64,000 bases of DNA from NCBI GenBank assembly GCA_938082635.1, contig CALLLI010000016.1, positions 699 through 64,698 of the forward strand. Direction: 5' to 3'. Both the position numbers and the translations under genes were made by a program. Positions 55,717 through 64,000 of this stretch are shown here, piece after piece (within the stretch, counting starts at the first letter, position 1; each line of letters opens with the position of its first letter). The notes under the pieces were generated by a model that saw only the letters and a list, made by a program, of their open reading frames with translations, was not told the DNA's origin and did not search any database. This DNA is from an uncultured Verrucomicrobiales bacterium. Its GTDB lineage: Bacteria > Verrucomicrobiota > Verrucomicrobiia > Verrucomicrobiales > DEV007.

Positions 55717-56198
55717 GCGTTAGACCAAAGAACGGCTTACTTCTCTTGTTAGGAGTCTCTGTAATGGCCCTTGGTTTGGCCTTCTGCTGGCTGCTCGCGC
55801 GCGGCTATCATGCTGCGAAGGGCTATGACTCCTGGATTCCGACCCCGGCCAAGGTGAATTCGGCGTGGATCAAGATGGTGCCCCAGCCGGGTGCAGAGCC
55901 ACCACGCTATACATTCAAGGTCCGCTACAGCTACACCACCAATGGCACAGCTCAAACAGGCACTCGGCTCAAGGAGATCCCAGGAAACACTCGACTGCGC
56001 TCTAAGGTCGAGAAACTCGAGAGTCGGTTTGCCGTGGGTAAACAGGTCACGTGCTATGTGAATCCGGCCGACCCGACGATGGCGATCTTGATCAGACCAA
56101 CCAAGGCCCCCGGTTACACGTTGTGGTTTCCTGGGTTGTTCGTGGTGGGTGGCGCGGGGATGTGCTTCGCGGCGTTTCGGCAACGACGCCGGTCGTGA
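55713..56198 (+). CDS. DUF3592-like membrane protein, translationally coupled to the PKS
   Basis: ATGA start/stop overlap with the PKS. TM at each end (LLLLLGVSVMALGLAFCWLL, LWFPGLFVVGGAGMCFAAF). Central beta region with VTCYVNPADP. Confidence 0.6.
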   Translation: MSVRPKNGLLLLLGVSVMALGLAFCWLLARGYHAAKGYDSWIPTPAKVNSAWIKMVPQPGAEPPRYTFKVRYSYTTNGTAQTGTRLKEIPGNTRLRSKVEKLESRFAVGKQVTCYVNPADPTMAILIRPTKAPGYTLWFPGLFVVGGAGMCFAAFRQRRRS

Positions 56199-56201
56199 AG
56201 A

Positions 56202-58061
56202 CTAGTTTCGTTTCTCAAGCCAGACTGCGATAATGGCGATGTCGGCAGGAGTGACCCCACTCACCCGATTGGCTTGTCCCAGCGTTGCAGGGCGGATGGT
56301 TTGGAGTCGATCCTGGGCTTCTCGTTTAAGCCCCGACACTTTGGTATAGTCGAGGTCTTCGGGGAGCTTTCGTTTCTCCATCTTCTGCGTTCGCGCGACC
56401 ATGTCTCGCTGACGGTTCAGATACCCATCGTACTTGAGATCGATTTCCACCAGGTCCCAAATAGCCGCCGAGGCGTCGCCGCGAAGGTCCTCAGGGAGTT
56501 TGTCGTGGGTGTTCTCGGGGCGCCGGAACCACCTCCCGAGCGGTAGGCCCTCATACTTCCCTTTCTTGACCATCGTTCGCAGTTTCTCGAGTGCAGCTTG
56601 CTTCTCGTCAGATGCTGCCAGGCGTTCGGTGCTCAGAAGCCCAGGTAATAGTCGCGCTTTGCACGTGAGGCGCTGGTCCGCGTTGTCTTGTCGGAGTAGC
56701 AGGCGGTATTCAGCTCGACTGGTGAACATGCGGTAAGGCTCGATAACACCCTTGGAGACTAGATCATCAATCATCACGCCAATGTAAGCTTCGTCACGAC
56801 CAAGAACGAAGGGCTCACCCCCTTGCACCTTAGTTCCCGCATTGATTCCTGCCATGAGCCCCTGACAGGCGGCTTCCTCGTATCCTGAGGTGCCATTGAT
56901 CTGCCCAGCGAAGTAGAGTCCACCAATCCGTTTCGTTTCGAGCGTGGAATGAAGCTGAGTAGGGGGGCAGTAGTCGTATTCGACGGCGTATCCGGGACGG
57001 ACGATCTCAGCATGTTCCAAGCCTTCGATGGAACGTATGAAAGCGAGCTGGACGTCATAGGGAAGACTCGTAGAGACACCGTTGACATAGAATTCTCGTG
57101 TGTGACGGCCTTCGGGTTCTAAGAACAGCTGGTGACGACCCTTATCGGCGAATCTGACTACCTTGTCCTCGATTGAAGGGCAGTAGCGCGGACCAACACC
57201 TTCAATTCGGCCACTATACATGGGGGACTTGTCGAGGTTTGCCCGAATGATGTCGTGAGTCTTGCCGTTTGTGTAGGTGGTCCAACAGGGGATTTGTTCC
57301 ATGTGGAACAAAGGATCACCCCACCGATTCAAGGTGTGGACCTCGTCAGGACCACCACGCATCCGATCTGAAATGAAGCTAAACCGAGGGCACTCAGGAT
57401 CGCCTCCTTGTATCGCGCACTTTGAAAGGTCGATTGAGCGTCCATTGAGTCGACAAGGGGTGCCAGTCTTAAAGCGATCCACCTCGAACCCAAGATTTTT
57501 GAGATTATCGCTCAGAGTGGAGAGGGCATCGCCCATCCGGCCACCTTTCTGGTTCTGAAGACCGACATGAAGCAAGCCGCGCATGAACGTCCCTGTAGTG
57601 ATGATCACGCTCTGCCCAGCAATCCGAAGCCCGAGAGTAGTATCAACACCAGTGACTACATCTTTCTCGATCACCAGTGAGGCCACATTACCTTGATGGA
57701 GATCAAGGTTGTCCGCGGACTCGAGAATCCACTTCATCCGATACTGGTAGGCCTTCTTATCTGCCTGGGCACGTGGTGCCCGAACACTGGGGCCCTTACC
57801 TGCATTCAGCATCCGGAACTGGATTCCCGTAGCGTCTGTGTTCAGACCCATGATCCCACCCAGGGCATCGATCTCACGCACCATGTGGCCCTTGGCCAAA
57901 CCACCGATGGCAGGATTACACGACATCTGAGCAATCGTATCGAGGTTCTGGGTTAGCATGGCGGTCTTGCAGCCAAGTCGAGCAGCAGCAAGAGCCGCCT
58001 CGCACCCTGCGTGACCAGCACCTACCACAATTACATCGTAGTTCTTTGGAAATTGATACAT
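56202..58061 (-). CDS. mnmG: tRNA uridine 5-carboxymethylaminomethyl modification enzyme MnmG (GidA)
   Basis: ATG 58061 gives MYQFPKNYDVIVVGAGHAGCEAALAAARLG...SCNPAIGGLAKGHMVREIDALGG. Conserved throughout. The 85-codon 5' extension in the track is unsupported. Confidence 0.95.
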   Translation of the reverse strand: MYQFPKNYDVIVVGAGHAGCEAALAAARLGCKTAMLTQNLDTIAQMSCNPAIGGLAKGHMVREIDALGGIMGLNTDATGIQFRMLNAGKGPSVRAPRAQADKKAYQYRMKWILESADNLDLHQGNVASLVIEKDVVTGVDTTLGLRIAGQSVIITTGTFMRGLLHVGLQNQKGGRMGDALSTLSDNLKNLGFEVDRFKTGTPCRLNGRSIDLSKCAIQGGDPECPRFSFISDRMRGGPDEVHTLNRWGDPLFHMEQIPCWTTYTNGKTHDIIRANLDKSPMYSGRIEGVGPRYCPSIEDKVVRFADKGRHQLFLEPEGRHTREFYVNGVSTSLPYDVQLAFIRSIEGLEHAEIVRPGYAVEYDYCPPTQLHSTLETKRIGGLYFAGQINGTSGYEEAACQGLMAGINAGTKVQGGEPFVLGRDEAYIGVMIDDLVSKGVIEPYRMFTSRAEYRLLLRQDNADQRLTCKARLLPGLLSTERLAASDEKQAALEKLRTMVKKGKYEGLPLGRWFRRPENTHDKLPEDLRGDASAAIWDLVEIDLKYDGYLNRQRDMVARTQKMEKRKLPEDLDYTKVSGLKREAQDRLQTIRPATLGQANRVSGVTPADIAIIAVWLEKRN

Positions 58062-58172
58062 CGAGAGAGAGACAATTGTTCTACGTGGAACATCCGCACT
58101 TCCGGACTTAGTCACTGAAGCACCCTGAATTGGTTGAACAGAACCACGAAATCCGCACAATACACGGAAAGG

Positions 58173-58763
58173 ATGAAAGAACACCAACTGCTCCCTCCCT
58201 ACGTGGCCTTCAAGGAATGGCATGTCATTTGCGACGCCCTGCTCAATGGTGAGCAATCCATTATTCTCCGCAAAGGAGGAATCGCCGAAGGACGAGAGGG
58301 CTTCGCTTTCCAACACAGCGCCTTCCTGTTATTTCCCACATTCTTCCATTCACAGTATGATGGCGTTCGGAAAGAGGTGCCTAAGGAATCACGTCAGAAT
58401 CCTGAGGAAGATCGACAAACGGTTCAATTCTCAGGCTACTGCCGGATCGAAGGACATGCCGTAATCTCTGATTGGGACGAAATACAGCGGCTGGAACCTT
58501 TCCATATCTGGCAGCTTAGCCTCCTTCGAGAGAGATTTGACTATGGAAATCAATCGGCTTTGCACCTTGCCGTGGTCAAAATTTACAGATTTGTACATCC
58601 CTTCCAGATTCTTTATGAAAAAAGATACGGAGGCTGTCGTTCTTGGGTGCAAACGCCTACGAAGGAGCTACCTGAAGCCACCAACGTGTTAGATTCTGAC
58701 ACCTGGAGCACCACTTCTAGTGCCATTGCTAACAAGCTTTCGACCAGTCTCTTACATTTCTAA
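58173..58763 (+). CDS. DUF1802 family protein
   Basis: VAFKEWHVICDALLNGEQSIILRKGGIAEGREGFAFQHSAFLLFPTFFH is the characteristic N-terminal block. Start taken at ATG 58173. Confidence 0.7.
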   Translation: MKEHQLLPPYVAFKEWHVICDALLNGEQSIILRKGGIAEGREGFAFQHSAFLLFPTFFHSQYDGVRKEVPKESRQNPEEDRQTVQFSGYCRIEGHAVISDWDEIQRLEPFHIWQLSLLRERFDYGNQSALHLAVVKIYRFVHPFQILYEKRYGGCRSWVQTPTKELPEATNVLDSDTWSTTSSAIANKLSTSLLHF

Positions 58764-58968
58764 TCGTTAGGTCTACTTAGCTTTTTGATTAAATATGAGC
58801 CACGAATCTGCTCCGCTTACGTAACGTTCAGAACAATATGAACCCTTCGTAAGAACGTGGTGACAACTCTGGCGTCATCCGTCAAAAAATAGGAGCCATT
58901 TTGAAATTATTATGGATATGTAGCAATTTCCATTAACATCACAACAGAGAGATACCATAACGGAACTC

Positions 58969-59334
58969 ATGAAGAAGCTTGGATTACTGACGGCAACGCA
59001 GGCAGCGGACTATCTGAACGTTCCACGCGCCACCTTATACCAACATTTGCGCTAAGGACACATTCCCAGCATTCAGATCAGAGGCCGCTGGAGAATCGAG
59101 CAAGACCAGTTAAACGATTTCATAGGCCAAGCCAAGCGGAGAGGGAGCGCAAACGATACCTACAAGCCCATCATGGCAGAGAACGGTATCGCTCCAGAGA
59201 AGAGATTCAAGTCCGCCCCAGAACCCGCGTTCTCCACCGCTAGCAATCCTACGCCGGCTACTGAGAATACTGAACGACTGGCAATCCTGCGAAACAAGAA
59301 TTCACGTCTACGAGAATTGGTGGCTAACCAATGA
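58969..59334 (+). pseudogene. Excisionase-type HTH plus coiled-coil gene, copy 1, with in-frame TAA (59053-59055)
   Basis: MKKLGLLTATQAADYLNVPRATLYQHLR-stop-GHIPSIQIRGRWRIEQDQLNDFI...ERLAILRNKNSRLRELVANQ, all in one frame. The stop aligns with Glu (GAA) in copy 2. Confidence 0.6.
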
Positions 59335-59412
59335 CTCGAACTACAGAGGATTCGCTGAGACCACACCACTTCGTAATCGAACCCCTAAAACGAAACCCTC
59401 TCTGAAACGGAA

Positions 59413-59790
59413 ACAAAGAAACTTAGATTACTTACAGTCTTGAAAGCGGCTGACTATTTAAACATTCCCCGGCCTACGCTCTACCAACACCTCCGCGAAG
59501 GTCGGATCACCAGAATCCAGATCGGTGGGCGCTGGTGTATTGAAACGAAAGTTCTGTAGAGGTTTCTTGACATCGCAATCGACACCGAGCAAATCGAAAG
59601 CCTATCCAACGATCGCCCTCCATCTACTCACCGCAGCACCAGAAACCCACTAAAAGAGGAGATCGAGAAGCTCCAAACAGCGAACTGACACCTTCGCTCC
59701 ATAATCGCACAGCAACTGCTCGAACTTCACCAGCTTGACGACGACAAGGGCACTTCCGTATTTCGTCAGGAAACCAACCAGACCGAATAG
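59413..59790 (+). pseudogene. Excisionase-type HTH plus coiled-coil gene, copy 2. The start codon is lost (ACA) and there are in-frame TAG 59557 and TGA 59686.
   Basis: TKKLRLLTVLKAADYLNIPRPTLYQHLREGRITRIQIGGRWCIETKVL-stop-RFLDIA...EEIEKLQTAN-stop-HLRSIIAQQLLEL, all in one frame and collinear with copy 1. Confidence 0.6.
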
Positions 59791-59871
59791 TAATGCAATT
59801 TACGAACTTTCGGTTTCAAAAGGTTAGATTCTTCTCTAAGGATTGCTCTTAAGAAGTAACTTTCTGATCTT

Positions 59872-60441
59872 ATGTCCGTTGTCACTGTAGTAGCATCCAA
59901 CCTTCGCCGCGGAATGGCGATCAAGTATAAAGGCGATTCGGGAGTCCTTATCGAAGTCGACCATCGCTCCCCAGGGAAGGGTGCTGGTTTCGTTCAGGTC
60001 ATCATGCGGAGTTTTGCCTCCGGCAAGACGAAAGACCTCCGCTTCGCTGCGAGCGAGAAAGCGGAGATCATTCAGACTGATCGTCAGAAACTGGAGTTTA
60101 GCTACAGCGATCCCTCAGGCTTCTACTTCATGGACACGACGAGCTATGAAACAGTCGAGTTGCCGAAGCAGTTGCTATCAGATTACGATGGCATGCTCAT
60201 TGAGAACCTCGTTTGTGAAGTTCTCTTCGTTGAAGGCAGTCCCGTTAGTGTAGAATTGCCACCATCGATTGAAATGCTCGTCACCGAGGCTCCCGAAGGA
60301 CTCAAGGGCGATACGGCTAACAATCCAACAAAGGCTGCCAAGGTGCAGACTGGCCTCGAAGTCCAAGTGCCCTTGTTTGTGAAAGAAGGCGACCGGATCA
60401 AGGTCGACTCCCGCACTGGTAAGTATGTGAGCCGCGCCTAG
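59872..60441 (+). CDS. efp: Translation elongation factor P
   Basis: 189 aa. The KOW-like N-domain has the SPGKGAGFVQV loop, with Lys at the modification position. OB domains with GDTANNPTKAAKVQTGLEVQVPLFV. Confidence 0.95.
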   Translation: MSVVTVVASNLRRGMAIKYKGDSGVLIEVDHRSPGKGAGFVQVIMRSFASGKTKDLRFAASEKAEIIQTDRQKLEFSYSDPSGFYFMDTTSYETVELPKQLLSDYDGMLIENLVCEVLFVEGSPVSVELPPSIEMLVTEAPEGLKGDTANNPTKAAKVQTGLEVQVPLFVKEGDRIKVDSRTGKYVSRA

Positions 60442-60453
60442 CACGCATGGCTC

Positions 60454-61335
60454 ATGGCCAGCGAACGCAAGCCCCCTAAGAAGAAAGCTGCACGTCCAAA
60501 GAAGAAGGCTGCCGCGAAGAAACGTGCCGCCCCCAAGAAGTGCGTACCGACAAAGAAACACGCGCTGGCCAAGAAAAAACGGAGCCGCACATCGCACCAT
60601 GAGGCACCGGCCCCTTACTGGAAACTAGTTGCGCGGGCGACCTTCTTTCTACTTCTCACCGCGCTGGCAGCGCTCACTACCCTCACATTCCTCCAGACCA
60701 TATCAACGGTTAAGGGCCTTTCCTTCTTCACCACCGAACCTGTATTCTTCTTCGGGATCGGAATGGTTGTTCTCCCGCTCTTAGTCTGGGGTTTCTCGGA
60801 TCAGTTGCTCTACCTCTATGTCTTCGGGCACGAGCTGACACACGTGATCTTCATCTATCTATGTGGCGGCAAGGTCTTTGGCGACATTCGTGTGTCTGTG
60901 ACAGGTGGTCACGTTGTGACGAACAAGTCCAATTGGCTCATCTCGCTTTCGCCCTACTTCGTACCCTTCTATACCGTCCTTATCGGAACGGGCTTCCTCG
61001 TCGCACGTCTACTAGTGGATCTTAACGCCACGATCGAATTCGGAGCCCTAGCGTTCAAGCCCATGTACGTCTTCTACGCTCTGATAGGATTTACCTGGAC
61101 CATGCACATCTACTACACGCTCACGATGCTTCTGAAAGATCAGCCAGATTTGTACATGAACGGCACACTGTTATCACTCTTGGTGATCTATTTGGCAAAT
61201 AGCATTGTGGTCACCGCATTCGTTGTCCTCGCTTCGCAAACCCTGACCATGCGCGGCTACCTGATCGATTGGACAAGCAATGTACTCACCCTTTGGAATG
61301 GCACCTTGTTCCGTATCGCTGCTTTAGTTTGGTGA
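60454..61335 (+). CDS. Polytopic membrane protein with an HExxH motif (M50B-like putative zinc metalloprotease) and a Lys/Ala-rich N-terminal tail
   Basis: Tail MASERKPPKKKAARPKKKAAAKKRAAPKKCVPTKKHALAKKKRS. About six TM helices. YVFGHELTHVIFIYLCGGKVFG resembles the HExxH...GG layout of the Peptidase_M50B family. Confidence 0.55.
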   Translation: MASERKPPKKKAARPKKKAAAKKRAAPKKCVPTKKHALAKKKRSRTSHHEAPAPYWKLVARATFFLLLTALAALTTLTFLQTISTVKGLSFFTTEPVFFFGIGMVVLPLLVWGFSDQLLYLYVFGHELTHVIFIYLCGGKVFGDIRVSVTGGHVVTNKSNWLISLSPYFVPFYTVLIGTGFLVARLLVDLNATIEFGALAFKPMYVFYALIGFTWTMHIYYTLTMLLKDQPDLYMNGTLLSLLVIYLANSIVVTAFVVLASQTLTMRGYLIDWTSNVLTLWNGTLFRIAALVW

Positions 61336-61363
61336 TCGCCCGCTCAAGGATTATCGTCGGACC

Positions 61364-62032
61364 ATGACGACACCCTTTCAGCCTCCTCGTATTGTTGCGC
61401 CATCGATCCTCGCATCCGACTACGGCACCTTTGGAAGCGAAGCGGCCGATGCTGAAGCTAAGGGCGGCGATTGGCTGCACCTCGATGTGATGGATGGCCA
61501 TTTCGTAGAGAACATCTCGTTTGGGCCTGGCGTGGTGAAAGCGCTGCGACCCCACACCAAGCTCTTCTTCGATGTTCACCTCATGTTAACACGCCCAGAT
61601 CGTTATTGGGAGGCCTTCGCCAAGGCAGGAGCCGATGGCATCACGGTACATGTGGAGTCGGAGCATGACGTCGGTTCTACTCTCGAGAAGATCCGTGCGG
61701 CCGGTCTTAAAACAGGCCTGGCTTTGAATCCGGGCACGCCCTTTGAAACGATGCAGCCATACCTCACCGAAATTGACCTCCTCTTGATCATGACCGTGGT
61801 CCCTGGATTTGGAGGCCAATCATTCATGCACGAGACCCTGCCAAAGATCGAAGCCGGAGTGGCTGAGCGTGATCGGCTCGGGCTTAGTTACCACATTGAA
61901 GTAGACGGCGGCATCGACGCACAAACCGCCGTCCATGCCGCGCAAGCTGGCGCAAATGTGTTAGTCGCAGGAACGACGATCTTCAAAGCCCCAGATCGAG
62001 CTGCCGCCATTCGTTCGTTGCGCGAGGCCTAA
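61364..62032 (+). CDS. rpe: Ribulose-phosphate 3-epimerase
   Basis: IVAPSILASDY, LHLDVMDGHFVENISFG, FDVHLM, VVPGFGGQSF, VDGGI. Confidence 0.95.
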   Translation: MTTPFQPPRIVAPSILASDYGTFGSEAADAEAKGGDWLHLDVMDGHFVENISFGPGVVKALRPHTKLFFDVHLMLTRPDRYWEAFAKAGADGITVHVESEHDVGSTLEKIRAAGLKTGLALNPGTPFETMQPYLTEIDLLLIMTVVPGFGGQSFMHETLPKIEAGVAERDRLGLSYHIEVDGGIDAQTAVHAAQAGANVLVAGTTIFKAPDRAAAIRSLREA

Positions 62033-63453
62033 TCCAAGTCCTCTAAATCGGAAATACGCGCGCGGTCGGCATCGGCCTCTTCGTCGTGACCAAAGCCCTC
62101 ATGCACCGAAGCGCGGGCCTCATAATAACTCGGCTGCAACGGTTCCAGAGCGATGGCTTCCGTCAGATCGGCAATAGCGCCTTCGTAATCCCGCAGCGCC
62201 GAACCACGCATCGAACCACGCAGGAAATAGACGTTGGCTGTGGGTGAAGACTCCAAAGACTTGGTAAGATCAGCCTCCAGTTGTTTCGAAACGATAGGAA
62301 ACCGTTCAGCCACCAATTCCCCGAGTCCTGCCGCATCGAGATCAGCTTCCTCGCCAAGCTCAGCGACGGCCTTGGGATCGATCATAAGTTGAGGATTGGC
62401 CATCAGAAATTCGACCCGCTGGACCAACGCCTCAGTATCATGAGGGCTAAGCTCGACCACTCGATTGTAGCACCGTAGCGCATTCCGTTCCTGGCCAGGA
62501 AAATTCTGCAAAGCGTAGGCCCGCGCCGAGAAAACATCACTGCTATGAGGACAAATTTCCTCAGCTCTATCAAAATCCCTGAGAGCCTTCGCCAAACGAC
62601 AATCCTTGCCCTGCTCCTTGAGAGCCTTCTGGAACAATACGTCGTTGCCACGAATAGTGTCGAGCACCGTGACTCCGGCCTGTTGCATGGACCGAGCAAT
62701 CTCTGCCCACTCCTCTTCCATCGACCACGTCAAATAGGTGTAACCGCGTGCCAAGAAGGTACCAACACTACGCTGGTTGTTTCTGATCGCTCGGTTCAAC
62801 AACTTCAGACCATCGGTTCGCGTTCCTTCCCCTGATGTGAGAAGGTCACCCAAGGCTTCTAAGGCGAGCGTTTCGCCCGGCGCAATTTGGAGAGCTTTCT
62901 GCGCATGATTGAGGGCTCTGGCCTCACTATGAAACTCTGTGCCCTCCTTCGAATACGTGTATGCTAGACCCACTTGCGCCAGCAAATTGCTAGGATCTAG
63001 TTTGATCGCCCGCTGGTAATTACGAAAGGAATCATTCGGTGTGCCCATCCCAGGATGCCCTGGCAAATCCCCTAAAATTCGAAACACCTCGGAAGATTCT
63101 GGGGAAATTTCCAAAGCCTTTTCAGCGTCGACTTTCGCCTTCACTGGGTCGTAGAAACGGGCGTCCCAACCGGTGTAGACATCGGCACGAGCGATATACG
63201 CCGTGGCGTTTCGCGGGTCCAACTCGATCACCTGATCAATATCCAACAAGGCATTGGCGTAGTCGAATGTCCGCCAAAGGTAGTAGAGGCCGCGTTTCAA
63301 GCGGATCTTGGTATCGTGTGGCTTAGCCTCAAGAGCACGTGTGAGCCCGGCCAACAGCAGGGTGTCCTCGTCTTGCTCCGCTTCAGCGAAGCCCGTCGAG
63401 ATCTGGACGCCCACAAGGATACAAAGAAACCATTTGCCCACCATGGCCTCCAT
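62029..63453 (-). CDS. Secreted TPR-repeat protein
   Basis: ATG 63453 (or 63444) gives MEAMVGKWFLCILVGVQISTGFA. Repeated TPR-like units (YANALLDIDQVIELDPRN, FRNYQRAIKLDPSN, ALRCYNRVVELSPHD, YEGAIADLTEAIALEP). Its stop overlaps the rpe stop convergently. Confidence 0.75.
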   Translation of the reverse strand: MEAMVGKWFLCILVGVQISTGFAEAEQDEDTLLLAGLTRALEAKPHDTKIRLKRGLYYLWRTFDYANALLDIDQVIELDPRNATAYIARADVYTGWDARFYDPVKAKVDAEKALEISPESSEVFRILGDLPGHPGMGTPNDSFRNYQRAIKLDPSNLLAQVGLAYTYSKEGTEFHSEARALNHAQKALQIAPGETLALEALGDLLTSGEGTRTDGLKLLNRAIRNNQRSVGTFLARGYTYLTWSMEEEWAEIARSMQQAGVTVLDTIRGNDVLFQKALKEQGKDCRLAKALRDFDRAEEICPHSSDVFSARAYALQNFPGQERNALRCYNRVVELSPHDTEALVQRVEFLMANPQLMIDPKAVAELGEEADLDAAGLGELVAERFPIVSKQLEADLTKSLESSPTANVYFLRGSMRGSALRDYEGAIADLTEAIALEPLQPSYYEARASVHEGFGHDEEADADRARISDLEDLD

Positions 63454-63509
63454 TCTAAGAGACTGCAGGACTGAGCACAAGCCCTCTAAGCTATGGAAAT
63501 AGCGAATTT

Positions 63510-64000
63510 CTAAACCTTGGTCAGCGCTTCCCAAGGACCCGTGATGGCCAAAGTGATGCCCGGCTTTTGAATATTGACGAAGAGCGTTGGATGATTAGGT
63601 GCAAAGCAAACCCCAGCCATCTCCGAATTACCAAGATAGGCACTGCGAGCGAGCGTGTAAATCTCACCATTCGGCGTGATGCCACGAATATACTGCTACT
63701 TTGCCCCATCCTCACTCAGAATCACATCACCCCAAGGAGCAATCGTCAGATTGTCTCCATACTCTAACAAACTCGTGTCGTTAGGTTCTAGATAAAGCGT
63801 TACGGTTCCCGGCTGCTTGCTCTCATCTTCCGTTCCTTCAGCTGGGCTAGGACGATAAACAAAGATCTGCCCAGACTTGGCAACACCGCCACTCGTGCAT
63901 GCAAAGTAGATCTGGCGATTCCCATACCACATGCCCTCTCCACGTGCGAATCGCGCCGCACCTGCTTTGAAAGCATCGGTGCGCATGGTGTCTTTGGGAC
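63510..64000 (-). pseudogene. PhoX/DUF839-family protein, 3' part (the gene continues beyond the window end), interrupted by one in-frame TAG (63696-63698)
   Basis: FARGEGMWYGNRQIYFACTSGG...GQIFVYRPS...DNLTIAPWGDVILSEDGAK-stop-QYIRGITPNGEIYTLARSAYLGNSEMAGVCFAPNHPTLFVNIQKPGITLAITGPWEALTKV-stop, all in one frame. Both sides match the remembered DUF839 C-terminal pattern. Confidence 0.7.

Noticed and set aside
52799-63698. Amber (TAG) recoding, such as pyrrolysine or a suppressor, as the explanation for the two in-frame TAG codons
   Set aside because: Many genes in this window terminate normally at TAG. In-frame TAA and TGA also occur in other disrupted loci. No pyl genes or suppressor tRNA are visible here. 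Nonsense mutation is the simpler explanation, though raw reads should be checked.
1-64000. Search by eye for rRNA, tRNA, CRISPR arrays and classical defense or toxin-antitoxin modules
   Set aside because: I saw no spaced direct repeats, no tRNA-like T-arm or acceptor patterns in the intergenic spacers, no cas or restriction genes, and no helicase- or nuclease-rich islands. Small RNAs cannot be excluded without covariance-model searches (Infernal/Rfam, tRNAscan-SE).

Overview
This 64-kb chromosomal window is most likely from a PVC-superphylum, Verrucomicrobiota-like bacterium. That placement is an inference from gene content: a PVC-type heme-binding CxxCH protein, CRTAC1/ASPIC FG-GAP proteins, LamG/TSP3/CotH giant secreted proteins, a sulfatase, a BNR sialidase and DUF1802. 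Well-supported housekeeping genes are ppdK, mnmG, efp, rpe, mtgA, a hybrid histidine kinase, an AlkA-like glycosylase, an HD hydrolase, a Tat-signal Gfo/Idh/MocA oxidoreductase and ychJ. I saw no rRNA, tRNA or CRISPR array by eye, and no recognisable defense-system genes.

Observations worth a second look:
1. A ~70-aa C-terminal module ending in an FYR-like motif sits at the extreme C terminus of four large secreted proteins. A fifth, decayed copy lies in an intergenic region.
2. A tightly coupled operon encodes a LamG/thrombospondin-type-3 protein, a lamin-tail/CotH kinase-family protein and a small unknown protein.
3. One complete 1.8-kb IS4/IS701-type insertion sequence has 20-bp inverted repeats (18/20) and a 4-bp AAGA target duplication.
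4. An srsABC-like gene set (methyltransferase, FAD oxidoreductase, type III PKS) is translationally coupled to a DUF3592 membrane protein.
5. Two domain fusions stand out: SCO1/SenC with FG-GAP/ASPIC, and a BadF-type sugar kinase with MurQ.
6. Several genes are interrupted only by in-frame stop codons with no frameshift: ypfJ-like, PhoX/DUF839-like, two tandem excisionase-type HTH genes and the 34-954 locus.

Many long track ORFs are antisense artefacts inside real genes. Several track starts were moved to internal starts that avoid overlap with neighbouring genes and mostly expose signal peptides. All family assignments come from motif recognition by eye, not database searches.
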